Below are positions 51,836-63,366 of a stretch of 64,000 nt of DNA, piece by piece; within the stretch, counting starts at the first letter, position 1; each line of letters starts with the position of its first letter. Made by a program: the position numbers and the translations under genes. A model generated the notes under the pieces. That model did not search any database and was not told where the DNA came from. It worked only from the letters and a program-made list of their open reading frames with translations. Where the stretch lies: NCBI RefSeq assembly GCF_001194135.2, contig NC_068992.1, positions 28,745,221 to 28,809,220 on the forward strand, written 5' to 3'. This DNA is from Octopus bimaculoides (taxonomy: Eukaryota).

Positions 51836-54371
51836 TAGAATTGAAGTTCTGTTAAGCCATCCCTCACAACTCTTCTAACACCTACTCTTCCATCAATCTT
51901 CTATGTTACCCTATTTTTTTTTCACTTCTTCTCTGCATCAAACTCATTTCCTATCCCTAATCATCTGTCACACTATTTTCTGTTCTTCTATCCAATTGTC
52001 TCATATTCACCTTGGACCACATTTCTCTCTCTCTCTTTCTTTAGATGGGCAAGACATGTATTCACCTCTTAAACCTTTAGTGTTCTGGTTAATCTGTCAA
52101 ATGTATCAAATATAATACTCATTTGTTCACGTTATTTTGAATTATTCAGATTCAAGAAGAGTGTCCACAATATTTGCTTGCAACTTTGTTCGTTTTTTAC
52201 ATACAGATTTGAAACTTTATCCATGGGTGTTTATATACCAGTGGATTATTGCTATGTAACTTTAGCTGATCTTGCTGATTAAATTTGACTTTTATGGGCA
52301 GGTAAATTTAATTAACAGCTGTAAAAGCAAAATCATTGTGGACAAACACTAAAATTGAAATTCTTAATGCATTTTACCTATTTGATTTGTTACTAAAATT
52401 ATCTCAGATGTCAACCGCCAACAATTTTGAATCTTTTCAAGATGGGGTACATCAATTTGAATTAATTAAAATACAGGTATAATCAGTACAAAACTCTTTT
52501 ATTAGTCAATATACCATTGGCTATGTACTCTTATACAATTTAATGAATACATCTACATAACAATGCATCTAATAAAAATGCTCATTAACAGGAAAGGCAA
52601 AGGTGAATACAGGAGTATAACATACTGAAAATGAATATGTATTTCTCACTTTAACATAATATTTGTAATAAAATGAAAGTAATATATAATAGTTTTACTA
52701 TCAAACAACAAAATATAGTTATGCCATATTACTATCGTGAAACTGTCCAAACTACCTAAATGTCAATATGATTCAACCAAAGACAAATCAGTTGTTTTCA
52801 TTTATATTTTGTGAATCAAAATGAGTAAAACCTTTGAAGTCGGAACCACTACTTGCTGATACCATATCGTTAAAAACTAAGGTAAACACTTCTCTTCAAA
52901 TGTTGAAAAAAACTAAGAAGTCTCAAAAATTTCACCGTATTTTTACTTGAATAAAGGCAGGAAAGGCATTATCTCAAAGCTACGAGAATTCAATAATGTG
53001 ATTTGTTTACTTTTTTAGTGATTTCATAGAGAAATCATATACGGTCAGATTTGGCTGGTTCAAACAAATGAAGGGGATTATTTTTCAGCCAGTTATGGTC
53101 GGTTTAAACACTAAAAGGTTAAGCGAGATATTTTCTCCTCTATCATAGTTTCTTATCTTTCTATTCTATACTTCACTCAATTGAGGGATCTTATCTTGTA
53201 GATACATGGCAACCTCACTGGTGCTGGTGCCACATAAAAAGGACCTGGTACATTCTGTTAAGTTGTTGGCATTAGGAAGGGCATCCAGCTATAGAAACCA
53301 TGCCAAATCAGACATAGAATTTGGCACAGCTTTTGGCTTGTCTGCTCTTCTTGAACAGCCCAACCCATGCCAGCATGGAAAAGGGGATGTTAAATGATGA
53401 CGATGATGATGATTGAAGAGAGAATTTCTTTCAGTATGGTAGTTATTCTATCAGTCTCATACTTTGGATCATTAAGCTGTGGGACACATAGAGACACACT
53501 AAAATATCAGCTCTTTTGTTTCTTTTTTTCTGTACACATAAACACACACACATTTACACAACAAATTTATTTCAGTTTCCATCTACCAAATCCACTCATA
53601 AGGCTTTGGTTGGGTCAGGGCCATAGTAAAAGACACTTATCTAAGGTGCCATATAGTGGGACTGAACCTGAAACGATGTGGTTGAGAAGCGAACTTCTTA
53701 CCACACAACTATGTCTGCACCTTTATATATATGTATATAATATATAATGAATACATTAAAAGAGAGGCTTGTGTCATGTGACTGCTGTTCTGAACAGAAT
53801 TTCACCATTGTTGAAAATCTCTTCTATTCACACAGCAGAGATAAAATCTTATTGTTACATTACTTGTCTGCATTGATATTTAAGTTGCTAATTCCAGTTA
53901 CTTCATTTCCTCTCTTTGCTGATATCACTAGATTTCTATTGTTACGTATAATGTCATCCTCTCAGTATTTGGGATCCTGTTGCTGCAAGCTGTGACATTC
54001 CATAAGGCCAAGAAATGCTATCTTTTACAACACTGCAACCATGAACTGATAATCCTGCTATATGAGTTCATCTCGGTCAAGAAACATTTTTCAGCAAATA
54101 AAATTTCATCTGGGTCATTGCAGCTTATTAACTTTTTTGATACCAACTCGCCTAAGACTGCCCCAGGTTCTATAACATAGACATACTTGGAGAGTGACTG
54201 CTACTATTGCTAACATAACGCTGTCACATCATCCAACAGATGGTGAGTTGCCTACAACAGTTGGATATTTGTTTACACCAACATTTGGAGAGTGACTGAT
54301 ATTAACATAATGCTGACGAATTTGGATAGATAAACAGAACCTGTATAACTAGACATTTCCCAGACTATTCT

Positions 54372-54409
54372 TCTTCTGAGGATGGGCCTTTGCACCTGAA
54401 ACATAAAGG
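54372..54409 (+). ncRNA. Degenerate minimal hammerhead of a second family
   Basis: TCTT-CTGAGGA-T-GGGC-CTTT-GCACCT-GAAA-CAT-A-AAGG: stem I TCTT/AAGG, core intact, helix III ACGT decayed to ACAT, stem II imperfect. Confidence 0.45.
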
Positions 54410-54779
54410 TTTTGTGAAACTTACCACATTGTCAGAATCTTTCCTATTTTTTTCTTTTCTTTCCCTTCTTCTATAAACTTATTGTTTTTAAATGGTCTAA
54501 ATTATAATCTTTCATCAAAATTTTATGCTAATTTGTTCCAACCCCAGCTTAATAATGATAAGGTTGTTTTGCTAAATTCTTCATTGTTTAACAGATTAAT
54601 TGAAACAAACGCAGTATATGTTGACAGAAACATGGTAACAAAAAGGTTAATAATAAGCAGTGCAACTTATTAGTAAGACACTTTCCATCAACATTCATTA
54701 AAGATTAAATCACAGCTTCTGTCATTAGTTTCCTACTCAGAAATAAAGGTTGAGATTTGGTTCGCTTTCCACGAATCAC

Positions 54780-56260
54780 TTTTTCAGTTGGTTCCTGTGT
54801 CTTTTTTGTATGCCTTTTCTACTTTTTACCCAATACCTCATTTTACCTATGCATTTGGTAATAACGTGATCTTCCCAACTCTGCTTTCCATTCTTGTATG
54901 CCCTCATATACACCTTTTTACCAATCTTGCTATGTTTTTCCAAGCACTTTTTCTTTTCTTGCCAGGTAGCAATTTATTGCAGACTGATTTTACTTGCCTC
55001 ACAAACATCAACTCAGCAAGTGAGCTACCTGCTGGTGTATTCAGATTTGGTGTCACAAGGTACACTTTTAAAAATTGTTGTAGAGATACCACCTCATCTG
55101 TGACTATCTTATTTGATTTTCTAAGAGCTCTTTTGAAGGTATCAACAAAGCATTTTTCCTGTCCATTAGATCTAGGATGGTATGGTGCCATAGTTATATG
55201 TCCCACAGCAAATGTTTCACAAAATTTTTTTAATTTGCTAGACACAAATTGCGTTCCATTGTCAGACACTATTTTGTCTGGGATGTCAAATCTTGCAAAC
55301 AATTTGTGTATAAAATTTATCACTGTTGAGGAAGTTGATTTTTTATACTTACAAATTTCAGGCCATTTTGAGAAACTATCATCTACCACTAAGTAGTGAG
55401 CACCATTTAAAAGACCAACGAAATCTATGTGCAGTCTCGAACACAGAACATCTACTTTTGGACAATGTTTACTTTTTATCGTGGGCAAATCTTTAGTTCG
55501 TTTTGGTTTACATCCAGGTGTTCCACTCTGTTTCATTGCAATTTTTTGTTTCAGTCCCTCAGCTACATTCGAAACTTCAAATAGACCAACTATATTTCCA
55601 CACAAAACACTTATGGGCATATTCCATACTTTAAATAGTTCCATCCACTCTGTGCTGAATAAACGAAGTGAACTTTTTAACACATATATCTTTGACTTCT
55701 TTGTTTGACCTCGAAATGGTACATTACATATGAATTCATAGAAAAAATATAATCTATTACCTGTAACACCATGTGCTACCTTTTTAGATTTAATTAATTT
55801 TGGCTTACTGACATATTTCCGTGATTTTTTGTTTATAATGGTAATATCACTACCAGTGTCCAATTGCATTTTAACACTTGTATTTCTAATTTTCACCTTC
55901 ACAAATTTTCTCATCATTATACTACTAATTTCTTCCGATAACATACTATTTATTGGTTTTCCTTTGTTCTGCCGTTTTGTCATCTTTGCTCTACAGTGTG
56001 TCTTTATGTGTCCGATATTACCACAACAAAAGCACTTTGCTTTTTTAAATGGACAATTATAACTTAGGTGTATATCTCCACGTGCAAAATAGATTTATTT
56101 CCTGATTTTTGTTGTGTTTCTTAAAAAACACTTTATTCTGACTATTTCACACTTGCTTTACTTGAAAACAATCTTAAAGTTCAATTTCCTCTGTGTCATG
56201 TCTTAATTTGACTATCCTTCTGACACTTGCTGTAAGGTTATATCTGTTTGTGAAATAGAA
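54780..56260 (-). mobile_element. Ty3/Gypsy remnant: gag tail and CCHC knuckles, aspartic protease, integrase; RT/RNase H absent
   Basis: TLQQVSE..VKLRHDTEEIE; CPFKKAKCFCCGNIGHIKTHC; LDTGSDITII; HIDF..VSDNGTQF..PYHPRSNGQ; frameshifted W..H..KRHRNQL tail; no LTR found. Confidence 0.9.
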
Positions 56261-56419
56261 GATACTTAGAGGAGTGAGATATAAGTCATGTCTTATAAAA
56301 TGGTATGGCCTTCAGCTGCAACTAAGAAAATCTTTAACAGCAGCTGAAATTATGGTCTTTATAAGCCTTATAAATTAAAAGTTTCTTGCCAGTAGGTGTG
56401 TTGGCTAACTTCATGGGTG

Positions 56420-56950
56420 TATTACATATGCATAGTCCCCTACATTTAAAGCACATTCAGCACCAACATTAAACAATCTGCCCTTCACTCTGAGGAAAAA
56501 AACCTTTGTTACCGCAGCTGTAGTAGCTCCCTGAATTTCCTCCAGCCTGTTCTCATCCTGGTTACTATACTTTTAGAGGAACCTTCAAGCTCCATCCTCA
56601 CCCCAGCTAACAAAAGCTATCAATTACTTTTAGTGGACCATCTGGGCATCTAAGAAAATCTATTTCCAGTGCTCATAGTAGGTACTGCTCAAGTGTCTCT
56701 ATCACATATGAAGCTTACCTTCTCTGTTACTCTGATTGTGATCTCACTAAATCTCTCATGAATCCATAGTTTACAATGGGTACATCACATAAAGTCTTTA
56801 CTTACTCCTTCGCTGCACACTAAGTTAGACTTTTTCCCACAAAATACCAATGTCTTGTCTAAATTTGCTGTAAGACCTCTTGATTCCAGGTGCTTCTATG
56901 CCTGGAATTTGCTCTCAATCTCCTGTATAGATCCAACAATTTGCTGCAAT
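56420..56950 (-). pseudogene. Degraded RTE LINE RT/post-RT fragment
   Basis: LESRGLTANLDKT..; CPDGPLKVIDSFC*LG; TRMRTGWRKFRELL; LRVKGRLF (with frameshifts). Confidence 0.65.
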
Positions 56951-57044
56951 ACTATTATGATAATACAGTTCTATATTTAAGAGATAAGGTATTATGTACA
57001 TTATTTACATTTGATGGATATTTGTCCTCATCTTGTTTGTTGTT

Positions 57045-57090
57045 AACATAACGTTTCGGCTGATATACCCTCCAGCCTTCATCAGGTGTC
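57045..57090 (-). ncRNA. Minimal type I hammerhead ribozyme (core intact, one stem I mismatch)
   Basis: GACAC-CTGATGA-A-GGCTG..CAGCC-GAAA-CGT-T-ATGTT. Confidence 0.8.
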
Positions 57091-57162
57091 TTGGGGAAAT
57101 TATGAACCTGGGTTCTCATTCCTAAGGTATTTTTTGATGTTATTATTATTATTATTATTATA

Positions 57163-57236
57163 CAGGTCACTGCCTGGAATTGAACTCGGAATCTTGGGGT
57201 TAGTAGTCCGCGCTCTTAACCACTACCCTATATGCC
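57163..57236 (-). promoter_or_regulatory. tRNA-like Pol III internal promoter (left arm)
   Basis: Reverse complement: TAGGGTAGTGG A-box variant, GAGTTCAATTCC B box, GGACTACTAACCCC anticodon-like arm. Confidence 0.75.
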
Positions 57237-57298
57237 AGTGGGCAATTATGGAGTGAATTTTAGGGCTTAGAAATCTAATTCACTCCATAATTGCCTAC

Positions 57299-57369
57299 GG
57301 GCATATGGCGTAGTGGTTAAGAGCATGGGCTACTAACCCCAAAATTCTGAGTTTGATTCCAGGCAGTGA

Positions 57370-57373
<4 letters not shown>
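57299..57373 (+). promoter_or_regulatory. tRNA-like Pol III internal promoter (right arm)
   Basis: A box TGGCGTAGTGG (57306-57316); B-box-like GAGTTTGATTCC (57349-57360). Confidence 0.8.
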
Positions 57374-57429
<56 letters not shown>

Positions 57430-57481
57430 CAACATCGAAAAATACCTTAGAAATGAGAACCCAGGTTCGAAATTTCCCCTA

Positions 57482-57527
57482 GACACCTGATGAAGGCTGA
57501 CGGGTGTATCAGCCGAAACGTTGTGTT
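57482..57527 (+). ncRNA. Intact minimal type I hammerhead ribozyme
   Basis: Stem I GACAC/GTGTT; CTGATGA; extra A; stem II GGCTGA/TCAGCC; GAAA; loop-less palindromic helix III ACGT; predicted GUU cleavage after 57522. Confidence 0.88.
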
Positions 57528-58384
57528 AACAACAAACAAGATGAGGACAAATATCTGTCAAATGTAAATAACGTAAATAATATGATAATGTATAGGTAGG
57601 AAACTGCTTGATGATATATAGAAAGAGACTAAGCAACTAGAAGTAAAATAAAAGTGAGTGAAGGAATGAGATGAGATGTTTATCAAATTGCCCAAAGTGG
57701 CAAACAAGAGTAAGAGTGAGTGAGAGAGAGAGAGAGAGAATGAAAATTAGTGGGTTGGAGAAAGTGATACATTACACCAGACATTACACCAGACCAAGTG
57801 GTTGCTATCGTTTGACCAAATGGAATGAACAATCACCATAACTCTGAGAGAGTGAAAAGATATAAATCTTCCAGTTGTGATGAATAATGGACGATTTCCC
57901 ATGATACCTGAATTTTGCCATTACCAAGACACAAAACAGTCATTTAATCATTTAATCAAATTGACAATTATTTTTACTAGTGTTAAGTCAAGGAATTTTA
58001 TGCCGCTTTAACTAAGATGAGAAATGGGAACAATCTTGAAGTACATTTAAATAGCAGTAGAAAACAAAATAAATCCTTGTGGAATTCCTGTTTTACCATG
58101 AATATTCTAATGAATAAACTTCTTGACTGTTGAAAATGACAAATCTTTCAGTGGTCTGTAAATTATATGGTAATAATTTTGCAAGTATAAGCTGGCAAGC
58201 TGATGGAATTCTTAACACTCCAGGCAAAATGCTTAGCAGCATTTCGCCAGTCTTTAAGTTCTGAGTTCAAATTTGCCTTTCATCTTTTCAGGGTCAATAC
58301 AATAAGTACCAGTTATTGACTTACTCCAAAATTGCTGGTATTGTGCCAAAATTTGAAACCAATATTTTTTAAATATAGTATTAT

Positions 58385-58720
58385 TTCATTTTCGTATTTG
58401 ACTTGTAAGATTCTTGATGTAAACTCATGTGTTGAAACAAATTTTGTTGTATCTTGGAAGGGTCATTACACCAGTAATAAACACAAGCGCTGGTTTAATT
58501 TCACTTCATTATTAATCAGTTGGTTAGTTACTCAACCAACTAACTAATCAATTGCTTGCAACTTTGACAAAAATCTGATTGATTGATTAACAGAGTGATT
58601 AAGCAAGCAGTTAGTTAGTTAGTAGGTTAAATAACTAACCAATTCACTAATAATAAAGAAGTAAAACTGAACCAGTGCATGTATTTGTTGTTGGTGTCAT
58701 GTCCTCTGAAAATGCAACAG
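58385..58720. mobile_element. Mini fold-back derived from PLE terminal arms
   Basis: First 83 nt are 65/83 identical (ungapped, hand count) to 22484-22566; arms 58442-58559 and 58603-58720 are inverted; TSD AATATAGTATTAT/AATATAGTATCAT. Confidence 0.85.
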
Positions 58721-59684
58721 AATATAGTATCATAGTTTTTAATTCAAATTTTTATATCATTAAACTACTCAGTGGACCAGTAAAAAAATGTTTTAAGCAA
58801 AAAACAAAAGCAGTCATTTTAAAATATAAGTAGCTTTATACATGTATATTGTTGTGACTCAGAGTGGCATGTAGTAATTATGTAATTATTGTAATAATTA
58901 TTGATTTCAAATTTTAGCAAAAAACCAGAAATTTTGGGGAAAAGAGTAAGACTATTACATCGATCACAGTGGTACTTATTTTATCAACCCTGCAAGGATG
59001 AAAGGTAAAGTTGATTTTGGTGGAATTTGAACACAGAACATAAAGATGGACAAAATGCTCTTAAGCATTTTGCCATGTCTGCTAACGATTCTATCAGCTC
59101 ACCACCTTGAAGGTAAACTTGACCTCAGCAGAATTTGAATTCAGAGTGTAAAGGCTGAGGTAATGTTGCTAAATATTTTGCCTGATGTTCTAATGATTCT
59201 GCCAGCTCACTGCAAATGTAGTAATCCTTGGTAGCATTTTATAATTCAATCAAAGTGTAATGCCTTCACCTAAGAAATATTTCAATAATCTAGTAATTAT
59301 TATCATCATCATCATTTTAACAACCACTTCTCCACGCTTGCATAGGTTGAATGGAATTTGCTGAGACAGATGTCTGCAGCTGGATGCCTTTCCTGTCATC
59401 AACCTTCACCTATTTCCAAGTCCAGTAATATTCTGTCAGAACAGACATGTTTTCATGGAAGCCTGGAAATAAAGGACACTGCTTGCATGACTGACACTTG
59501 CTTACCACTATCACATGATCAAGGAGGCAGTAATACACACACACAATGGCCTTCTTTCTGTTTCAGTCTATCAAATCCTCTCACAAGGCTTTGGTTGGCC
59601 TAGGTCTATAGGGGAAGATACTTGCCCAAGAAACCATGAGGTTAGGAAACAAGCTTCTTACCACATTGTCACTTTGCTGGTTAA

Positions 59685-59905
59685 CCCTTTACCATTTAAA
59701 CTGGCCATATCCAGCCAAAATATTCTACCTGTTTTATGCCCATACTTGCCAGATCTGACTTCTCACACCAGCCCTACAATATCATTCTAATAAATTAACA
59801 GTTACATCATCAAAATCTCATACTAACAAGATAATGCATGATTAATTCAAAACAATGTGAATAAATAAGCATTGCTTTTGACAGAACAATGTGAATGCTA
59901 AAGAG
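59685..59905. mobile_element. piggyBac-like MITE family 2
   Basis: TTAA|CCCTTTACCATT ... GCTAAAGAG|TTAA. Confidence 0.8.
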
Positions 59906-60572
59906 TTAATGTCCATTTTGCCCAACTAGAAAAGGCTAATTTTTATGATCAGATGCTTTTCTTGTTGCCAAACCTTGCAGGTAAAGGTTGGTGACTGGAA
60001 TGTAAAGGAATTTTTATTTTAATTCAGTTATTTAAAGAGGAAAGGACAGAACCCATTACCAATTTCGTTTTTTTTTTTTTTTCAGAGCTTAAAAACTAGA
60101 AAGAAGGGAGGAAAATTTTTTCTTAAACCAGTGACTTGGCCCAAATGTACATAACAGACTGAATCCCACTAAAGGCACTCAAAGACTGGGGTTGGGGCAG
60201 GGTCAGCAGACATTAAATTGGGCAGCCAGATTAAGCCTACCATACAGAAATGATGAGAATTAAATTTTCACACTTTGGCAATTAAAGTAGATTACGTCTT
60301 TCTTTTCATTTATTTTATAACATTTAATTACAGGATATCTATGTTTGTACAATTAGTGAGTTATAGAAACATAAATTGGCTGATAGCAAAAGATAGGTAG
60401 AAAGCACAGTACATAGATAACTATATATATAGACACTCACAAACATATATAAGCAAACAACTAGTTTCACATAGATGTATATATACATGTATGTGTGTAA
60501 ACATAAACACACACAAATACACAAGTATGTGTTGGTGCATTTATTTACATCTGCATTTACTTATACATATCC

Positions 60573-60621
<49 letters not shown>

Positions 60622-60981
60622 CGTGTGTGTATCATTTAACATCCACTTTCTATGTTGGCATGGGTTAGATAGTTTGACTGAACTGGTATGCAAGAGAGCT
60701 GTACCAGGTTCCAGTCTGATTTGGCATGGTTTCTCTGGCTGCACGCCCTTCCTAACGCCAACCACTCCAAAAGTGTAATGGGTGTTTTTCACAAGCCACT
60801 GGCCACGACTATGATTTCAAGCACAGCAAATTGNNNNNNNNNNNNNNNNNNNNNNNNNNNNNNNNNNNNNNNNNNNNNNNNNNNNNNNNNNNNNNNNNNN
60901 NNNNNNNNNNNNNNNNNNNNNNNNNNNNNNNNNNNNNNNNNNNNNNNNNNNATTTTAGTTAAAACCCACTAAAACCTTGTG

Positions 60982-61020
<39 letters not shown>

Positions 61021-61029
61021 TATATAATC

Positions 61030-61405
61030 TCTTTTTCTTTTGCTTGTTTGAGCCATTAGACTGTGGCCATACTGGGGCACAGCCTTAAAAAATCTTAGTC
61101 AAATGAATCAACCTCAGTATCTATGTTTTTTTAAAGCCTTTCAGTTTCTCTTGTTGAACTGTTAAGTTACAGCAATGTAAACACACCAACACCGGTTGTC
61201 AAGCTTGGGTGCATACAAACACACCCACAAAGATACGCACACATGCCCACACACATATATAATAGGCTTCTTTAAGTTTCTATCTACTAAATCCACTCAC
61301 AAGGTCTTGGTTGGCCTGAGGCTATAGTAGAAGATACTTGCTCAAGGTAAACGTGAAACTATGTGGTTGAGAAGCAAACTTGTTACCCCACAGACACGAT
61401 GCACC
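61030..61405 (-). mobile_element. SINE family A
   Basis: Reverse-complement similarity to 4922-5363. Confidence 0.8.
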
Positions 61406-61413
61406 CTTTGCTA

Positions 61414-61449
<36 letters not shown>

Positions 61450-62439
61450 TGTCTGTGTTTTTTTCCCCAAAACTGCATGACAAATGGTTTGATTAATTTA
61501 CATTCCTGTGGAGAGAACAATATAAATAGATGCACATACACACTGTTCTTTTGTCTTGACATCATGTGATTGTTGTAAACAAGTGTTTACAGGTAGTGTT
61601 CTTTGTTTCCAATTTTCCATGAAAACCTATCTGGTCATGGGGAAATTATTACCTTGGCTGCAAACAGATAAGGTTTGGCAACAGGAAAAGCATCCAGTCA
61701 TAGAAAATCCACCTTAACAAAGCTGGGACCAACCCACTTGAGCATGAAAAAGTGCATGTTAAGCTGATAAGGAACACATACACACGAAACTACATACGCA
61801 TATCCATTTAGAAATGTGTTAGAAAGCTATGAAAGCATGAAGACAAAATTACAGAGAAAAAAAATTATGGTAAAACCAAAAAGAAGGCAAAAAAGAAATT
61901 AGATCTATTAATGGTAAATTGTTGGTAAATGGAGAAGGGACACACACACACACACACATGGCTTTCAAATGGCACCCCTGCCCCCACTCCCAGTTCATCC
62001 TAATATCCAGTGTAATTATTTCCAATTTTACTAATGATCTACTCTTTACTTAAAACACATACATTACTGACACAGGCTATTAAGGATAATAACAGCAAAA
62101 ACAACAACTATGATTGAACCTTGAACAGGTCTCTCAATTGTTCATTGTTGCTAGCCAACTGACATTGTTAAAACCCACACACAGTTACCATATTTGTAGA
62201 CATTACTAATATCAATTGCCAGCTCAATCCACCTCCTCCTCCTCCACAATGATGAAGTCATGACCCGCTTTCAATACTCAAAAACAGTTGTGCTGTCTGT
62301 TGTTCCCTCCTTAAAATAAGTAGACTAACACGGTTATACATTATTTTCATAAATGACATAATCTAACCTCCATTCTGACTCTTTCTCAAGTGTCACAGGT
62401 GTCAGTGAACGAACACATACATACATGTGTACATACATG

Positions 62440-62650
62440 TGGCTTAGTGGTTAGAGTGTTGGACTCACGACTGTAAGACTGTGGTTTCAATTCCTGGATC
62501 TGGCGACATGTTGTGGTCTCGAGCAAAACACTTCATTTCACCTTGCTTCAGTCTACTCAGTAGGTAAAAACGAGTAATCCTGTGACAGGCCAGCATCTCA
62601 TCCAGGTGGGGAATTTATATTCCATGAAAACTGGGAAACCAGCCTTATCA
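62440..62650 (+). mobile_element. tRNA-derived SINE (fourth family)
   Basis: TGGCTTAGTGG A box, GGTTTCAATTCC B box, then GAGCAAAACACTTCATTTCACCTTGC body; 3' end uncertain. Confidence 0.65.
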
Positions 62651-63136
62651 GTTGGCATGATTCAAGAAGGTAACTTTTTCTAGTACCTCACATGCATGTA
62701 CATGTGTATTATCATTGAGTGATGTTGGGGTACAAATATACAAAGCCCAATATACCCATCATGACTGCCCATCTGATAAAAGCATACTAAGCACATGCAT
62801 CACAACTATATAGGCTGTTTAAAGATGATGACTAAAGCACCCATGTTTCCAGGAATTAATTATTCAAACTCCAAAGAACCCCTCTCAACACATGGCTATG
62901 ATGCTCCCCACCACTCATGCTTGTGATCAGAGATGCACATATTGTCAGCCACTAAGGGGCATGTTCGTTGGTTACAATCAAGCAAGTGACAAGCAAATCC
63001 GTGTATTAAGTAGAATATTTGGTGTAGCCCATCTTTTACACCAAGACAAATCATGTACATGATAACAATTCTAATTAGTTAAGATCAAAAGCCATGAGAT
63101 CCACTGCCTAGTACATGACAAGCTTCTTTCAGTTTC

Positions 63137-63366
63137 CTATTTCTTTATTGCCCACAAGGGGCTAAACATAGAGGGGACAAACAAGGACAGACAAGGGGAT
63201 TAAGTCGATTATATCAACTCCAGTGCGTAACTGGTACTTATTTAATCGCCCCCGAAAGGATGAAAGGCAAAGTCGACCTCGGCGAAATTTGAACTCAGAA
63301 CATAATGGCAGACGAAGTACCACTAAGCATTTCGCCTGGCGTACTAACGTTTCTGCCAACTCGCCG
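63137..63366 (-). mobile_element. Young SINE family B inserted into a family A head
   Basis: 14-bp TSD CTTCTTTCAGTTTC at 63123-63136 and 63367-63380. Confidence 0.9.

Larger units (their letters stand above)
56966..57580. mobile_element. tRNA-headed, hammerhead-bearing fold-back element (putative PLE-mobilised non-autonomous retroelement)
   Basis: ~590-bp imperfect palindrome centred on 57241-57295; TSD TATGATAATA/TATGATAATG (56956-56965, 57581-57590); same termini as 13625-14016. Confidence 0.9.

Noticed and set aside
54788-55396. 202-aa plus-strand ORF
   Set aside because: Antisense shadow of the integrase frame.
57260-57265. TTAGGG in the fold-back loop as a telomere link
   Set aside because: A single hexamer is expected by chance; no array.
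57299-57373. Functional tRNA gene (also the heads at 47550-47624 and 62440-62520)
   Set aside because: A/B boxes are present but acceptor and anticodon stems pair poorly, and each is embedded in a repeat.
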